Positions 49,689 to 58,721 of a stretch of DNA of 64,000 nt are shown in pieces; position 1 is the stretch's first letter; every line of letters begins with the position of its first letter. Below the pieces are notes generated by a model that was not told where the DNA came from, did not search any database, and saw only the letters and a program-made list of their open reading frames with translations. Made by a program: the position numbers and the translations under genes. Origin of the DNA: Candidatus Hydrogenedens sp. Its GTDB lineage: Bacteria > Hydrogenedentota > Hydrogenedentia > Hydrogenedentales > Hydrogenedentaceae. The stretch is from the NCBI GenBank assembly GCA_049968235.1, contig JBMFRC010000001.1, positions 1-64,000 on the forward strand, written 5' to 3'.

Positions 49689-50069
49689 TTATTTTTCGGG
49701 GAAAGAGGAGGGGTGGGAACCGATGGCGATAATACTGCAAGCGTAGATGGGATTTAAGTTGAGTTGGATTGCCTTTTGCATAAGTTCTTCGTCTTCCGCA
49801 CCGGGGTTGATGTAAAGTTCCTCATGCTTCTTTTTAGCGATTGAGGGTAAAAGTGTTTTGCCGATTTGGGGAGGGACATAGACACTGATACGGTCGATAG
49901 GCTCGGGGACCTCCTCAATAGATTTATAGCAGGGAATTCCTTCAATTTCTGTAAGGTTTGGATTGACGGGATAAACTGTCCATCCTCTGGCAATATATGC
50001 ACGAATAGCTTTGTTGCTATATTTGTTTTTGTCTGCAGATGCACCGATGATTGCAACCGTTTTAGACAT
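49689..50069 (-). CDS. CoA-binding domain protein (YccU/YneT-like)
   Basis: MSKTVAIIGASADKNKYSNKAIRAYIARGWTVYPVNPN..IEGIPCYKSIEEVP is a CoA-binding Rossmann motif. The longer ORF-track start overlaps clpP and is rejected. Confidence 0.7.
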   Translation of the reverse strand: MSKTVAIIGASADKNKYSNKAIRAYIARGWTVYPVNPNLTEIEGIPCYKSIEEVPEPIDRISVYVPPQIGKTLLPSIAKKKHEELYINPGAEDEELMQKAIQLNLNPIYACSIIAIGSHPSSFPEK

Positions 50070-50073
50070 TGTA

Positions 50074-50736
50074 TTATTTCTCTTTTTTGGGTTTTGAGCG
50101 TTGGAGAACTTCGTCGATGAGTCCGTAATTTTTCGCTTCTTCTGCACTGAGGAATAGGTCGCGGTCGGTATCTTTACGGATAACTTCGATGGGTTGACCG
50201 GTATGTCTGGCGAGAATCTGGTCAATGGTTTCGCCGATACGAACAATTTCCTGAGCTTGAATAGCAATATCTGTTGCCTGTCCACGGACACCTCCCATGA
50301 GTTGATGTAGTAAGAAGCGTGAATAAGGGAGGGCGTAACGTTTGCCTGGAGTTCCTGCGGACATAAGCACAGCAGCCATACTTGCTGCCTGTCCAAGACA
50401 GATAGTCGTAATTTCAGGGCGTATAAATTGCATCGTGTCGTAAATAGCAAGACCTGCCGTTACACTTCCTCCCGGACTATTGATGTAAAGGTTGATATCT
50501 TTATCCGGATCTTCTGCCTCTAAATATAATAGTTGAGCAATGATATAGTTTGCGACATAATCGTCAATGGGCATACCCAGAAAGATAATTCGGTCCTCAA
50601 GCAGGCGTGAATAAATATCGTAAGCCCTCTCACCCCGACTCGTTTGCTGGTATATTGTTACCGCCTGTGGATTAATGGGGCTTTCGGAATAAGGATGAAT
50701 TCCGTGTTTAAGTAATTTTTCTATTGCTTCATGCAT
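50074..50736 (-). CDS. clpP: ATP-dependent Clp protease proteolytic subunit
   Basis: [19 protein letters not shown]..., catalytic Ser context [14 protein letters not shown], and HQLMGG. 220 aa. Confidence 0.9.
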   Translation of the reverse strand: MHEAIEKLLKHGIHPYSESPINPQAVTIYQQTSRGERAYDIYSRLLEDRIIFLGMPIDDYVANYIIAQLLYLEAEDPDKDINLYINSPGGSVTAGLAIYDTMQFIRPEITTICLGQAASMAAVLMSAGTPGKRYALPYSRFLLHQLMGGVRGQATDIAIQAQEIVRIGETIDQILARHTGQPIEVIRKDTDRDLFLSAEEAKNYGLIDEVLQRSKPKKEK

Positions 50737-50750
50737 GGTTTTAAGTTCTC

Positions 50751-52256
50751 TTAATTAGATTCTTTTTCCCATTCTTCGCGGGAAACAGTTTTTGTTTCAA
50801 TTTTTGCATTATCCAGAATAAGTTTCACTACTTTCTTCCGAAGGATAGTATCGGTTACATCATCTCTTCCCTGTTCTTGGATATAATTTCGAATGGTTTC
50901 TATATCAATACCTGTTCTTCCCTGTATGCTTTGTGCTTCATTTTCATAGTCACTATCCGTAATTTTTATTCCTTCTGCTTCGGCTATTTCACTTGCCACA
51001 GTATACCATTTAATTGTTTTCTCTGCTTTTTCTTTTGCATCTTTTTCCAGTTCTTCTCGCTGTTTTTCAATTTCTGACATAGGCATTCGCATCTGTATCA
51101 TTCGCTGGATTTGTTCCTCTACCTGATTTCTCGCTACTTCTTCAATGAGAGATTTGGGAATTTCAAAAGTACTACTTGCAATAACCTGTTCAATAGCGGA
51201 TGTTTCTAATTGATAATCCGTTTCCTCTGATATAGCATTTTCTATTTCTTTCTTGATTTGTTGTTTTAAGTCTTCAAGATTTTCGGCTCCTGCTTGTTTT
51301 GCAAACTCGTCATTTAATTCCGGCAATTCTTTCCTTTTAATGTCTTTTACTTTAATTTCAAAAGTAGCCTTTTTTCCTGCCAGACTTTTATTTGTATAGT
51401 CTTCTGGAAATTCTACCTCACAAGTTTTTGTATCACCGACTTTGGCACCGATAAGAGCCTCTTCAAATTTACCGAAAAATCTCTTTGAGCCAATAATATA
51501 AGGGTAATTGTTAGCACTTCCACCTGGGAAACTTTCCCCATCTATAGTTCCATTAAAATCAATAATCGCCTGGTCACCATTAGATATTTCTGCATCAGGA
51601 ACGGACTGGTAAATTGAGAAACGGTTTCTCAAAAGTTCCAGTCGTTCTTTAATCATACTTTCATCTGGTTCTAGAACTTTGCGTTCTAATTCAAGTCCAC
51701 GATATTTACCCAGTTCACATCTTGGTGCCACTTCAAAAGTAACCTGAAAAGATATATCACTATCTTCCGGTAATTTGTCAAGTTGTTCTAATCCTTCAAA
51801 TTGTGGTGTCGAAAAAGCCCTTAATTTATTGTCTTCCATTAATTTTTTTACAGATTCGGTTATAACCTTATCAAAGGCTTCTTTTCGTGCTATTTTTCCG
51901 AACTTATTTTCGACCAGCCACATGGGGGCTTTCCCTTTACGGAAACCGGGCAATTCTGCATGTTCCTTTACTTCTTCCAGATTTTTATTTATCTGTGATT
52001 TAGTATTTACTGCAGGAATAGTAATTTTTACGGAATATAAACAGTCCCCTTTGTAATCAATTTCATATTCGGGGTCTTTTTCAAATTTAAATTCTTCCTC
52101 CTCTGTATCATGGGCATGGTGATGGTGTTTATGCTCATGTGTTTTCTCTGTTGGAGATTGTTCCGAAGAATTTTCTGTTACGATTTGAGATTCTTCTGTC
52201 GGTTCCAATTCAGAGGTTTTTGTGTTTTCTTCGTTGTTGTTTTTTTGTTCTGTCAT
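50751..52256 (-). CDS. tig: Trigger factor with about 75-aa acidic/His-rich N-terminal extension
   Basis: Ribosome-docking motif [13 protein letters not shown]-type PPIase region ([24 protein letters not shown]). The extension contains [11 protein letters not shown]. Confidence 0.8.
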   Translation of the reverse strand: MTEQKNNNEENTKTSELEPTEESQIVTENSSEQSPTEKTHEHKHHHHAHDTEEEEFKFEKDPEYEIDYKGDCLYSVKITIPAVNTKSQINKNLEEVKEHAELPGFRKGKAPMWLVENKFGKIARKEAFDKVITESVKKLMEDNKLRAFSTPQFEGLEQLDKLPEDSDISFQVTFEVAPRCELGKYRGLELERKVLEPDESMIKERLELLRNRFSIYQSVPDAEISNGDQAIIDFNGTIDGESFPGGSANNYPYIIGSKRFFGKFEEALIGAKVGDTKTCEVEFPEDYTNKSLAGKKATFEIKVKDIKRKELPELNDEFAKQAGAENLEDLKQQIKKEIENAISEETDYQLETSAIEQVIASSTFEIPKSLIEEVARNQVEEQIQRMIQMRMPMSEIEKQREELEKDAKEKAEKTIKWYTVASEIAEAEGIKITDSDYENEAQSIQGRTGIDIETIRNYIQEQGRDDVTDTILRKKVVKLILDNAKIETKTVSREEWEKESN

Positions 52257-52320
52257 AACTATTAACCTATATTTAAGTTGTTTTATTGTTCATTAAGTAT
52301 CTATTTAAAATCTTACAATG

Positions 52321-52404
52321 TGGGCGAGGCGGGAGTTGAACCCGCACACCTTGCGGTACTGGATCCTAAGTCCAGCGCGTCTGCCAATTCCGCCACTCGC
52401 CCCT
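52321..52404 (-). tRNA. tRNA-Leu (anticodon TAG), long variable arm
   Basis: Reverse complement GGGGCGAGTGGCGGAATTGGCAGACGCGCTGGACTTAGGATCCAG...GCGGGTTCAACTCCCGCCTCGCCCA. Anticodon loop CTTAGGA. Class II variable arm. Confidence 0.8.
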
Positions 52405-52482
52405 CATGCTAATAAACATTGGGGTTTAAAAGATTACCATAAATCCATATTTTTTTACAACTTTTGAAATAAATAGGAATTT

Positions 52483-54411
52483 TCAGGAAATGTTATATGT
52501 CCGGGGTAGATTTGGCACAGGGATATGTTGATTTTGTTCAAAAATTTCTAGGATTTTGTTAGATAATTCGTCAATAGTTAATCCGAACATTTTTAATTGT
52601 TCTTCGCGGGAAGCATGTTCACAAAATAAATCCGGTATGCCAAACCGATATATTTTTTTGTCTTCTATTAACGAATTGTCATTGAAAAATTCAAGGATAG
52701 CACTTCCGAATCCCCCTACCAGTGTGTTTTCCTCAACGGTAAAAATAAGCGGTGTAGAGATGTTCTTTAATATTTGTGTATCAAGGGGTTTAATCCATCG
52801 CATATCAATAACACCGATTGATAAACCTATCTTTTGCAATCTTTCTGATACCTTCAGACAGGTATGGGCTTTGGTTCCGATTGTAACAAAATAGCCATCG
52901 TTTCCGGTTAAAAGGACATCTGCCCCCATGTAATTTCGTTGAGAGGCTGAATGGGTAAGGATGGATTGTGCTTTGGGGTAGCGAATTGCAACAGGTCCTT
53001 CTTGAAGGACCGCTATTTCTAAAAGTTTTTCCAAATCAAAGCCATCGCGAGGTGCACAAATCTTTAATTGTGGTATAAGTCGTAAAAAGGAAAGGTCAAA
53101 AGTCCCCATGTGAGTAGGACCATCTTCACCGACAAGTCCCGCCCGGTCTATCGCGAAAATAACGGGTAGGTTTTGCAGACAAATATCATGAATAATCTGG
53201 TCATAAGCCCGTTGTAAGAAAGTTGAATAGATAGCGACAATAGGGCGAAATCCTTCACAGGCAAGTCCACCTGCAAGAGTTACTGCATGCTGTTCACAAA
53301 TTCCCACATCAAAAAATCGATGAGGAAATCTGTCTGCAAAAGTGGTCAAACCGGTACCTTCGGGCATTGCAGCTGTTATGGCAACAATTCGATTATCTTT
53401 TTCTGCCAGTTTACATATAGCGTCGCTAAAATGTTCGGTAAAACTTTTTCCTATTTCTTCGACAGATTGAGTTACCAGGATTCCATCGCCTTCTTCATCG
53501 GATTTTTGGATTTTCTTAGGTTTAATTCCATGATACTTTTGAGGGTCTTCTTCTGCTTCTTTGAATCCTTTCCCTTTTTCAGTTCGGCAGTGGAATAAAA
53601 CAGGACCTGTGAAGTGCTTTAAATTCTGGAAACATTCAATTAATAGAGGCAAATCATGCCCATCAGCAGGACCTATATAATTAAATCCCAATTCTTGAAA
53701 AAGAGAACCCTTTGTGATAAAACCTTTTACTGATTTTTCCAAATCCTGAATGGTTCGCGTCACACGTTCCCCTACAATTCGTTTCACAAAACTTCCAACA
53801 TCTTCTTTTGCCCTTTTATAAGGGTAAGCCATAATGAGTCGGTTAAAATATCGTGCTAAAGCCCCTGTATTGGGGGCAATAGACATTTCATTATCATTTA
53901 ATATTACAAGCAAATTTGTTCCGAGATGACCCGCATGACTTAATGCTTCTATTGCCATACCCCCTGTCATGGCACCATCTCCTATAACAGCAATAACATG
54001 CTTATCTCCCTTTTCTATATCGCGGGCAATAGCCATCCCTAAGGCGGAAGAAATAGATGTTGAACTATGCCCCGTACCAAAAAAATCGAACGGACTTTCC
54101 TCACGACGAGGATAGCCACTTATTCCACCTTTTCTTCGTAGCGTATAAAAATTATGATTCCTTCCTGTAAGTATCTTATGTGCATAAGACTGATGCCCCA
54201 CATCCCAGATAAGGATATCCTTGCCAATATCAAAAACATAATGCAAAGCAATGGTCAGTTCTACTACTCCAAGTGGAGATGCCAGATGTCCTCCATTAAT
54301 CAAGACTGTAGAAACAATCTTTTCGCGAATTTCTCTCGCTAATTGTTCTAACCGGTCTATAGATAGGTTTTTAATATCCTTAGATGAATTTATATTTTCA
54401 AGAATAGCCAT
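52483..54411 (-). CDS. dxs: 1-deoxy-D-xylulose-5-phosphate synthase
   Basis: GGHLASPLGVVELTIALHYVFD, a TPP-binding GDGAMTGGMAIEAL, and transketolase-like C-terminal domains. 642 aa. Confidence 0.9.
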   Translation of the reverse strand: MAILENINSSKDIKNLSIDRLEQLAREIREKIVSTVLINGGHLASPLGVVELTIALHYVFDIGKDILIWDVGHQSYAHKILTGRNHNFYTLRRKGGISGYPRREESPFDFFGTGHSSTSISSALGMAIARDIEKGDKHVIAVIGDGAMTGGMAIEALSHAGHLGTNLLVILNDNEMSIAPNTGALARYFNRLIMAYPYKRAKEDVGSFVKRIVGERVTRTIQDLEKSVKGFITKGSLFQELGFNYIGPADGHDLPLLIECFQNLKHFTGPVLFHCRTEKGKGFKEAEEDPQKYHGIKPKKIQKSDEEGDGILVTQSVEEIGKSFTEHFSDAICKLAEKDNRIVAITAAMPEGTGLTTFADRFPHRFFDVGICEQHAVTLAGGLACEGFRPIVAIYSTFLQRAYDQIIHDICLQNLPVIFAIDRAGLVGEDGPTHMGTFDLSFLRLIPQLKICAPRDGFDLEKLLEIAVLQEGPVAIRYPKAQSILTHSASQRNYMGADVLLTGNDGYFVTIGTKAHTCLKVSERLQKIGLSIGVIDMRWIKPLDTQILKNISTPLIFTVEENTLVGGFGSAILEFFNDNSLIEDKKIYRFGIPDLFCEHASREEQLKMFGLTIDELSNKILEIFEQNQHIPVPNLPRTYNIS

Positions 54412-54554
54412 ATTGTAAATTTCCAGTAAAAAACTGCTTCATTTCTGGTAATATAATAACACATATATCTCTTAAATGTCCTGCTATAAGAAATTTATAA
54501 GGTTGTGTTATAATAAAACACTGTTTACATCCATTTTAATTCATTATTTAACCG

Positions 54555-55388
54555 ATGAGAAAAAGTAGTATGAAGTCTATAAAATATTGCCCCATTTTTA
54601 TTTTGTTGTTTAGTTTAATATCGATTTCTGTATTCAATATTTTTGCTGATGAGATAGCGGAATTCGGGAGGAAAATTTTCCAACAATATTCCTCTTCGGT
54701 TATTACGGTAAGAGCGAATTTATTAATAACTACATCGGATGGAGAAGAGGAATCAGTTGGTCAATGCACAGCGGTTTTAGTAAAGCCTTCTGGTATGGCA
54801 ATCCTGGCTCTTTCTGCACTTGACCCTTCGATATTAATAGACCAGGAATTACGAAACACAATTAATATTCGTATCGCTTCAATAAAGATGATACTGAAAG
54901 ATGAAAAAGAGATTCCTGCTGAAGTGTTATTACAGGATAAAGAACGCGATGTTATGGTTATTCAAGCAAAAGAGTCTATTCCGGAGGATTTAGTAAAGAT
55001 ATCCTTAGAAAAAGAGGACATTGCAGTTCCACAATTATTAGATCCCTTGTTATTAATTATGCAACATGGGAAAGTGGCTCGTCGCTCTCATAGTGCAACT
55101 CTATTGAGAGTAGAGAGTATTATCGATAAACCTTTTCTTTTTTATACATTGAGCCAGAGCCGTTCTTTTGATATTTTGAGTTCTCCTTTGTTTTCAATGG
55201 ATGGGAAATTTGTAGGTATGGGCACTTTACGTGTAGTGCAGGAATGGAAAGATGAAGTTGAAAATAATTCATTGATTATCATTTTGCCTGCGGGACAAAT
55301 TGCCCCGCTTGTAAAAGAAGCGATAGATTTAAAACAGGGAAATGCAATTAATAAACCTGAACCTGCCGAAACAAAACTCTCTAATTAA
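54555..55388 (+). CDS. Secreted trypsin-fold (DegP/S1C-like) protein, probably catalytically inactive
   Basis: Signal peptide. GQCTAVLVKPSGMAILA and ILSSPLFSMDGKFVGMGT resemble S1C strands, but the His of the triad is not evident and GxSGG is degenerate (LSSPL). Confidence 0.35.
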   Translation: MRKSSMKSIKYCPIFILLFSLISISVFNIFADEIAEFGRKIFQQYSSSVITVRANLLITTSDGEEESVGQCTAVLVKPSGMAILALSALDPSILIDQELRNTINIRIASIKMILKDEKEIPAEVLLQDKERDVMVIQAKESIPEDLVKISLEKEDIAVPQLLDPLLLIMQHGKVARRSHSATLLRVESIIDKPFLFYTLSQSRSFDILSSPLFSMDGKFVGMGTLRVVQEWKDEVENNSLIIILPAGQIAPLVKEAIDLKQGNAINKPEPAETKLSN

Positions 55389-55389
55389 C

Positions 55390-55734
55390 TTATTCTTTTG
55401 TCGAAATATTTTTATTCTGTTCAAATTCATTAATAACACTATTCTTTGATAATGCTACTCCACTTTTGAATGCAGAACGGCTAATACAATGTGCAGCGAC
55501 AGGTGCTGTAATAAGTGTGAATATAATGGGCAACATGGCACGCACTGTAACTTCTGTGTTCCAGAAATAGAGTGATAATGCAATTAGTGCCCCGGAAACA
55601 CCTAAAGTCCCACTTTTTGTCCCTGCATGCATCCGGGTATATACATCCGGAAAACGCAGTATTCCAAAACCTGCCAATAACATAAAAAATCCGCCTATGA
55701 ATAAAAATAGAGAGACCAATATTTCTTTTATCAT
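55390..55734 (-). CDS. mrpG: Mrp antiporter subunit G
   Basis: 114 aa, 3 TM, last gene of a seven-gene mrpA-G operon with overlapping stops and starts. Confidence 0.7.
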   Translation of the reverse strand: MIKEILVSLFLFIGGFFMLLAGFGILRFPDVYTRMHAGTKSGTLGVSGALIALSLYFWNTEVTVRAMLPIIFTLITAPVAAHCISRSAFKSGVALSKNSVINEFEQNKNISTKE

Positions 55735-55997
55735 GGTTTCCCTCCAAGTCCTAAATAATATGCAAAGGTAACTGTACCTAAAAAGGAAAGAATAGTAATT
55801 GTGATTGCGTCAATTAAGTATGTGGGGGTTGATATAGCAATAGAATAAACAGCGATTATTCCGACAATTTGCGTTGTTATTAAGTCCAGCGCTACTACAC
55901 GGTCTGCCAGAGTAGGACCGATAGCAAGTCGTATCAAGGCAAATATTATACCTAAAACAACCATTATTGTAAATATAACTATACTCGAAAAAATCAT
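55731..55997 (-). CDS. mrpF: Mrp antiporter subunit F
   Basis: 88 aa, hydrophobic; position in the operon. Confidence 0.7.
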   Translation of the reverse strand: MIFSSIVIFTIMVVLGIIFALIRLAIGPTLADRVVALDLITTQIVGIIAVYSIAISTPTYLIDAITITILSFLGTVTFAYYLGLGGKP

Positions 55998-56000
55998 GTC

Positions 56001-56474
56001 TTAATTAAAAATCGTGTTTAATGGTTTTTCTATCTGCTTTTCTATATCCTTTTTCAATTTTTCAGGATTGTTGGCAAATAAAGCATGAATATACAGTATC
56101 TTATTGTCCTCGGAAATATCCACGCTAAGTGTTCCAGGTGTTAATGATATAAAATTTGCAAATAAAGTTATTTCTAATGGATTGATAGAATGAAGTGGAT
56201 AAGCAATAATTCCGGGTGCAGATTTTGGATGTATACGAAGTACTTCAATGGCTACTTCAATATTTGATAAAAATAATAATCCGATAAAACGGAATGTGAA
56301 CAAAAAAATACGAATTACTTTTAGAAAATAACCCGTTTCTTTACCATATATGATAAATAAAATAAAATAGCCAATAACAAAACCCAATAATATACTTGAA
56401 AAAGAAAGAGTTCCTGAAATAAAAGCCCAGATTAAACTTAAAAGAATATTTGCTAAAAACAAATTTGCATTCAT
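56001..56474 (-). CDS. mrpE: Mrp antiporter subunit E
   Basis: 157 aa; position and size. Confidence 0.7.
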   Translation of the reverse strand: MNANLFLANILLSLIWAFISGTLSFSSILLGFVIGYFILFIIYGKETGYFLKVIRIFLFTFRFIGLLFLSNIEVAIEVLRIHPKSAPGIIAYPLHSINPLEITLFANFISLTPGTLSVDISEDNKILYIHALFANNPEKLKKDIEKQIEKPLNTIFN

Positions 56475-56475
56475 T

Positions 56476-57966
56476 CTAATACTCCATAACTTTTTCTATA
56501 TAAGTCAACGGTTGAAGTAAACTCTGAGCGGATTTTTCAGATATAACAATAAAAGTTTCTCCGAATACTCCTAAAAAAACTGTCAGCAAAGCAAGTATTA
56601 TTACAGCACTGTAAGCAAAAAATAAATTTTTATCTGTTACGATGGATACTTCTTTTTGGTGATTGGGTAGTCCCCAGAAAGTATATATCCATATTTTTGT
56701 CATTGAGAATAATGTAAGGAAACTCACCACTATAGATATGAAAACAGTAATATAAGTCCGTGCGTTAATTCCCGCTATTACTAAAGCCAATTTGCCAACA
56801 AATCCTGACAGAGGAGGCAAACCTGCCAGAGATAATGCAGAACAGAGAAAACAGGCGGAGAGTATGGGTAGTTCCTTATACAAATTTCCCTGTGATTTAA
56901 GATAATAACTACCCGTTTTTTCGTTAATAATACCACTTATAAAAAATAAATTCGATTTGGCAATAATATTGTGGACAATAAAGTAGATGGCACCGGCGAT
57001 TCCCGCAGTAGTCCATAAAGCAAGCCCCATTAGCATATAGCCAATTTGGGATATGATATGAAAGGAAAGAATACGTCGAATCTCATTCTGAGATACGGCT
57101 CCAAGAACTCCTATTAACATAGTAAGACTGGCAATTATTAAAAGGGTGTTCTGCATATCTGTATCTATTTCTCGATAAAACAAAGTAAAAGTGCGAATAA
57201 TGGAATACATACCTACTTTTGTGAGTAGACCTGAAAACAATGCAGAAATCCCTGGCGGGGGTGTATGATAAGATGCAGGAAGCCAGAAATATAAAGGAAA
57301 TAAACCGGCTTTTATTCCGAAAGCAACAAGTAATAACGAACTAACTATAAGTTTTGGATATTGTTGTTCCATCATGGAAAGTTTTATCGAAAGGTCTGCT
57401 AGGTTCATGGTTCCTACCATACCATATAAAATTCCGGTAGAGGCAAGAAATACCGCCGACGACATAAGATTGAGGATGACATATTTTATGGAACCTTCTA
57501 ATTGCCTTTGTTCTCCTCCAAATGCCATTAACACAAAGGAGGACATAAGCATAACTTCAAACCAGACATATAAATTAAATAAATCGCCAGTAGTAAAGGC
57601 ACCGGATACTCCCATCATAAGGAAAAAGATTAAGGAAAGATAGCCTAATCGGAATTGCTCTCGGGGTATCATTGACAGGGTATATAAGAGGGAACAAAAT
57701 ACAAGTAAGGATGTAATTACAAGCATGATGGAACTGAAAAGGTCGATAACAATCGTTATTCCAAAGGGAGCCTGCCAGTTTCCGACTTGCAAAGAATAAT
57801 AATTTCCATGATAAGTAGTCCAGAGAAATATCAAGGCGATGAGGAAATAAGCCGTGTTCCCAAACCATACAAAAAACCACTGCAAACGGGGCATTTTGTT
57901 ACTAACAAGGCAAATACTTGCAGTAAGTAATGGTATAATTATGGGGAAAATAACCAGTGTTTTCAT
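56476..57966 (-). CDS. mrpD: Mrp antiporter subunit D (NuoN/M-like)
   Basis: 496 aa, NuoM/N-type polytopic protein. Confidence 0.8.
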   Translation of the reverse strand: MKTLVIFPIIIPLLTASICLVSNKMPRLQWFFVWFGNTAYFLIALIFLWTTYHGNYYSLQVGNWQAPFGITIVIDLFSSIMLVITSLLVFCSLLYTLSMIPREQFRLGYLSLIFFLMMGVSGAFTTGDLFNLYVWFEVMLMSSFVLMAFGGEQRQLEGSIKYVILNLMSSAVFLASTGILYGMVGTMNLADLSIKLSMMEQQYPKLIVSSLLLVAFGIKAGLFPLYFWLPASYHTPPPGISALFSGLLTKVGMYSIIRTFTLFYREIDTDMQNTLLIIASLTMLIGVLGAVSQNEIRRILSFHIISQIGYMLMGLALWTTAGIAGAIYFIVHNIIAKSNLFFISGIINEKTGSYYLKSQGNLYKELPILSACFLCSALSLAGLPPLSGFVGKLALVIAGINARTYITVFISIVVSFLTLFSMTKIWIYTFWGLPNHQKEVSIVTDKNLFFAYSAVIILALLTVFLGVFGETFIVISEKSAQSLLQPLTYIEKVMEY

Positions 57967-58310
57967 TGTAAATCAGTCTTTATTAAATCATCCGTATCAT
58001 CTGTGTTTAATGTTTTATGTGTTCGGTGAATTAGGACTAATAGAAAGGCTGTAACACCGAAACTAATTACAATTGCAGTTAATACAAATGCCTGGGGAAG
58101 AGGGTCGGTCATCTGTGATGGAATAGAGGTTGTTCCACTAAATATAGGTGGGATATTTCTTGTAAGGCCACCTGCAGTAAATATTAATAAATTAGCACCA
58201 TGACTAATTAGACACATACCTAATACTAATTTGAACATATTTCTTTGTAACATGAGATACAATCCCGCGGAGTATAAACTACCAACCAAAATAGCAAATA
58301 GCCATTCCAT
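57963..58310 (-). CDS. mrpC: Mrp antiporter subunit C (NuoK-like)
   Basis: 115 aa, 3 TM. Confidence 0.75.
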   Translation of the reverse strand: MEWLFAILVGSLYSAGLYLMLQRNMFKLVLGMCLISHGANLLIFTAGGLTRNIPPIFSGTTSIPSQMTDPLPQAFVLTAIVISFGVTAFLLVLIHRTHKTLNTDDTDDLIKTDLQ

Positions 58311-58319
58311 AATATAACC

Positions 58320-58721
58320 TTAAACCTCTTTGATAAGTTCTAAAATAATTAATAAAGTAGTACCTAAAACTACGCAAAATACACCTGTATCAAACAACAT
58401 GGGTGTTCCTAAGGATAAAGATTTGAAAGATATCCATACCCCCGTCATAAAAGGTTGTCCAAATAATATAGAGATAAACCCACTTCCACATGCTAACAAC
58501 AAACCTACTGCTATGATATATACAGGGGATATTCTTATCCAGTTCTGTGCTCTTTCTACACCGTATGCAAAGGCAAGTAATATAAATGACGCAGAAGCCA
58601 CTAATCCCCCTGAGAACCCCCCACCTGGCTGGTTATGACCTGTTAATAGTAGATAAATCGCAAATAGGAATAATAAGGGAGCAATATATTTGCTGGCGGT
58701 TTTTAATATTAAACTATCCAT
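58320..58721 (-). CDS. mrpB: Mrp antiporter subunit B
   Basis: 133 aa, 4 TM; overlaps mrpA. Confidence 0.75.
   Translation of the reverse strand: MDSLILKTASKYIAPLLFLFAIYLLLTGHNQPGGGFSGGLVASASFILLAFAYGVERAQNWIRISPVYIIAVGLLLACGSGFISILFGQPFMTGVWISFKSLSLGTPMLFDTGVFCVVLGTTLLIILELIKEV

Noticed and set aside
49689-50450. 253-aa ORF start of the CoA-binding protein
   Set aside because: The N-terminal 126 aa overlap clpP on the same strand in another frame and lack a family signal. The conserved CoA-binding domain starts at the internal Met (50069).
57374-58638. + strand ORFs inside mrpD/mrpC/mrpB
   Set aside because: Antisense to conserved membrane-protein genes. Judged spurious.
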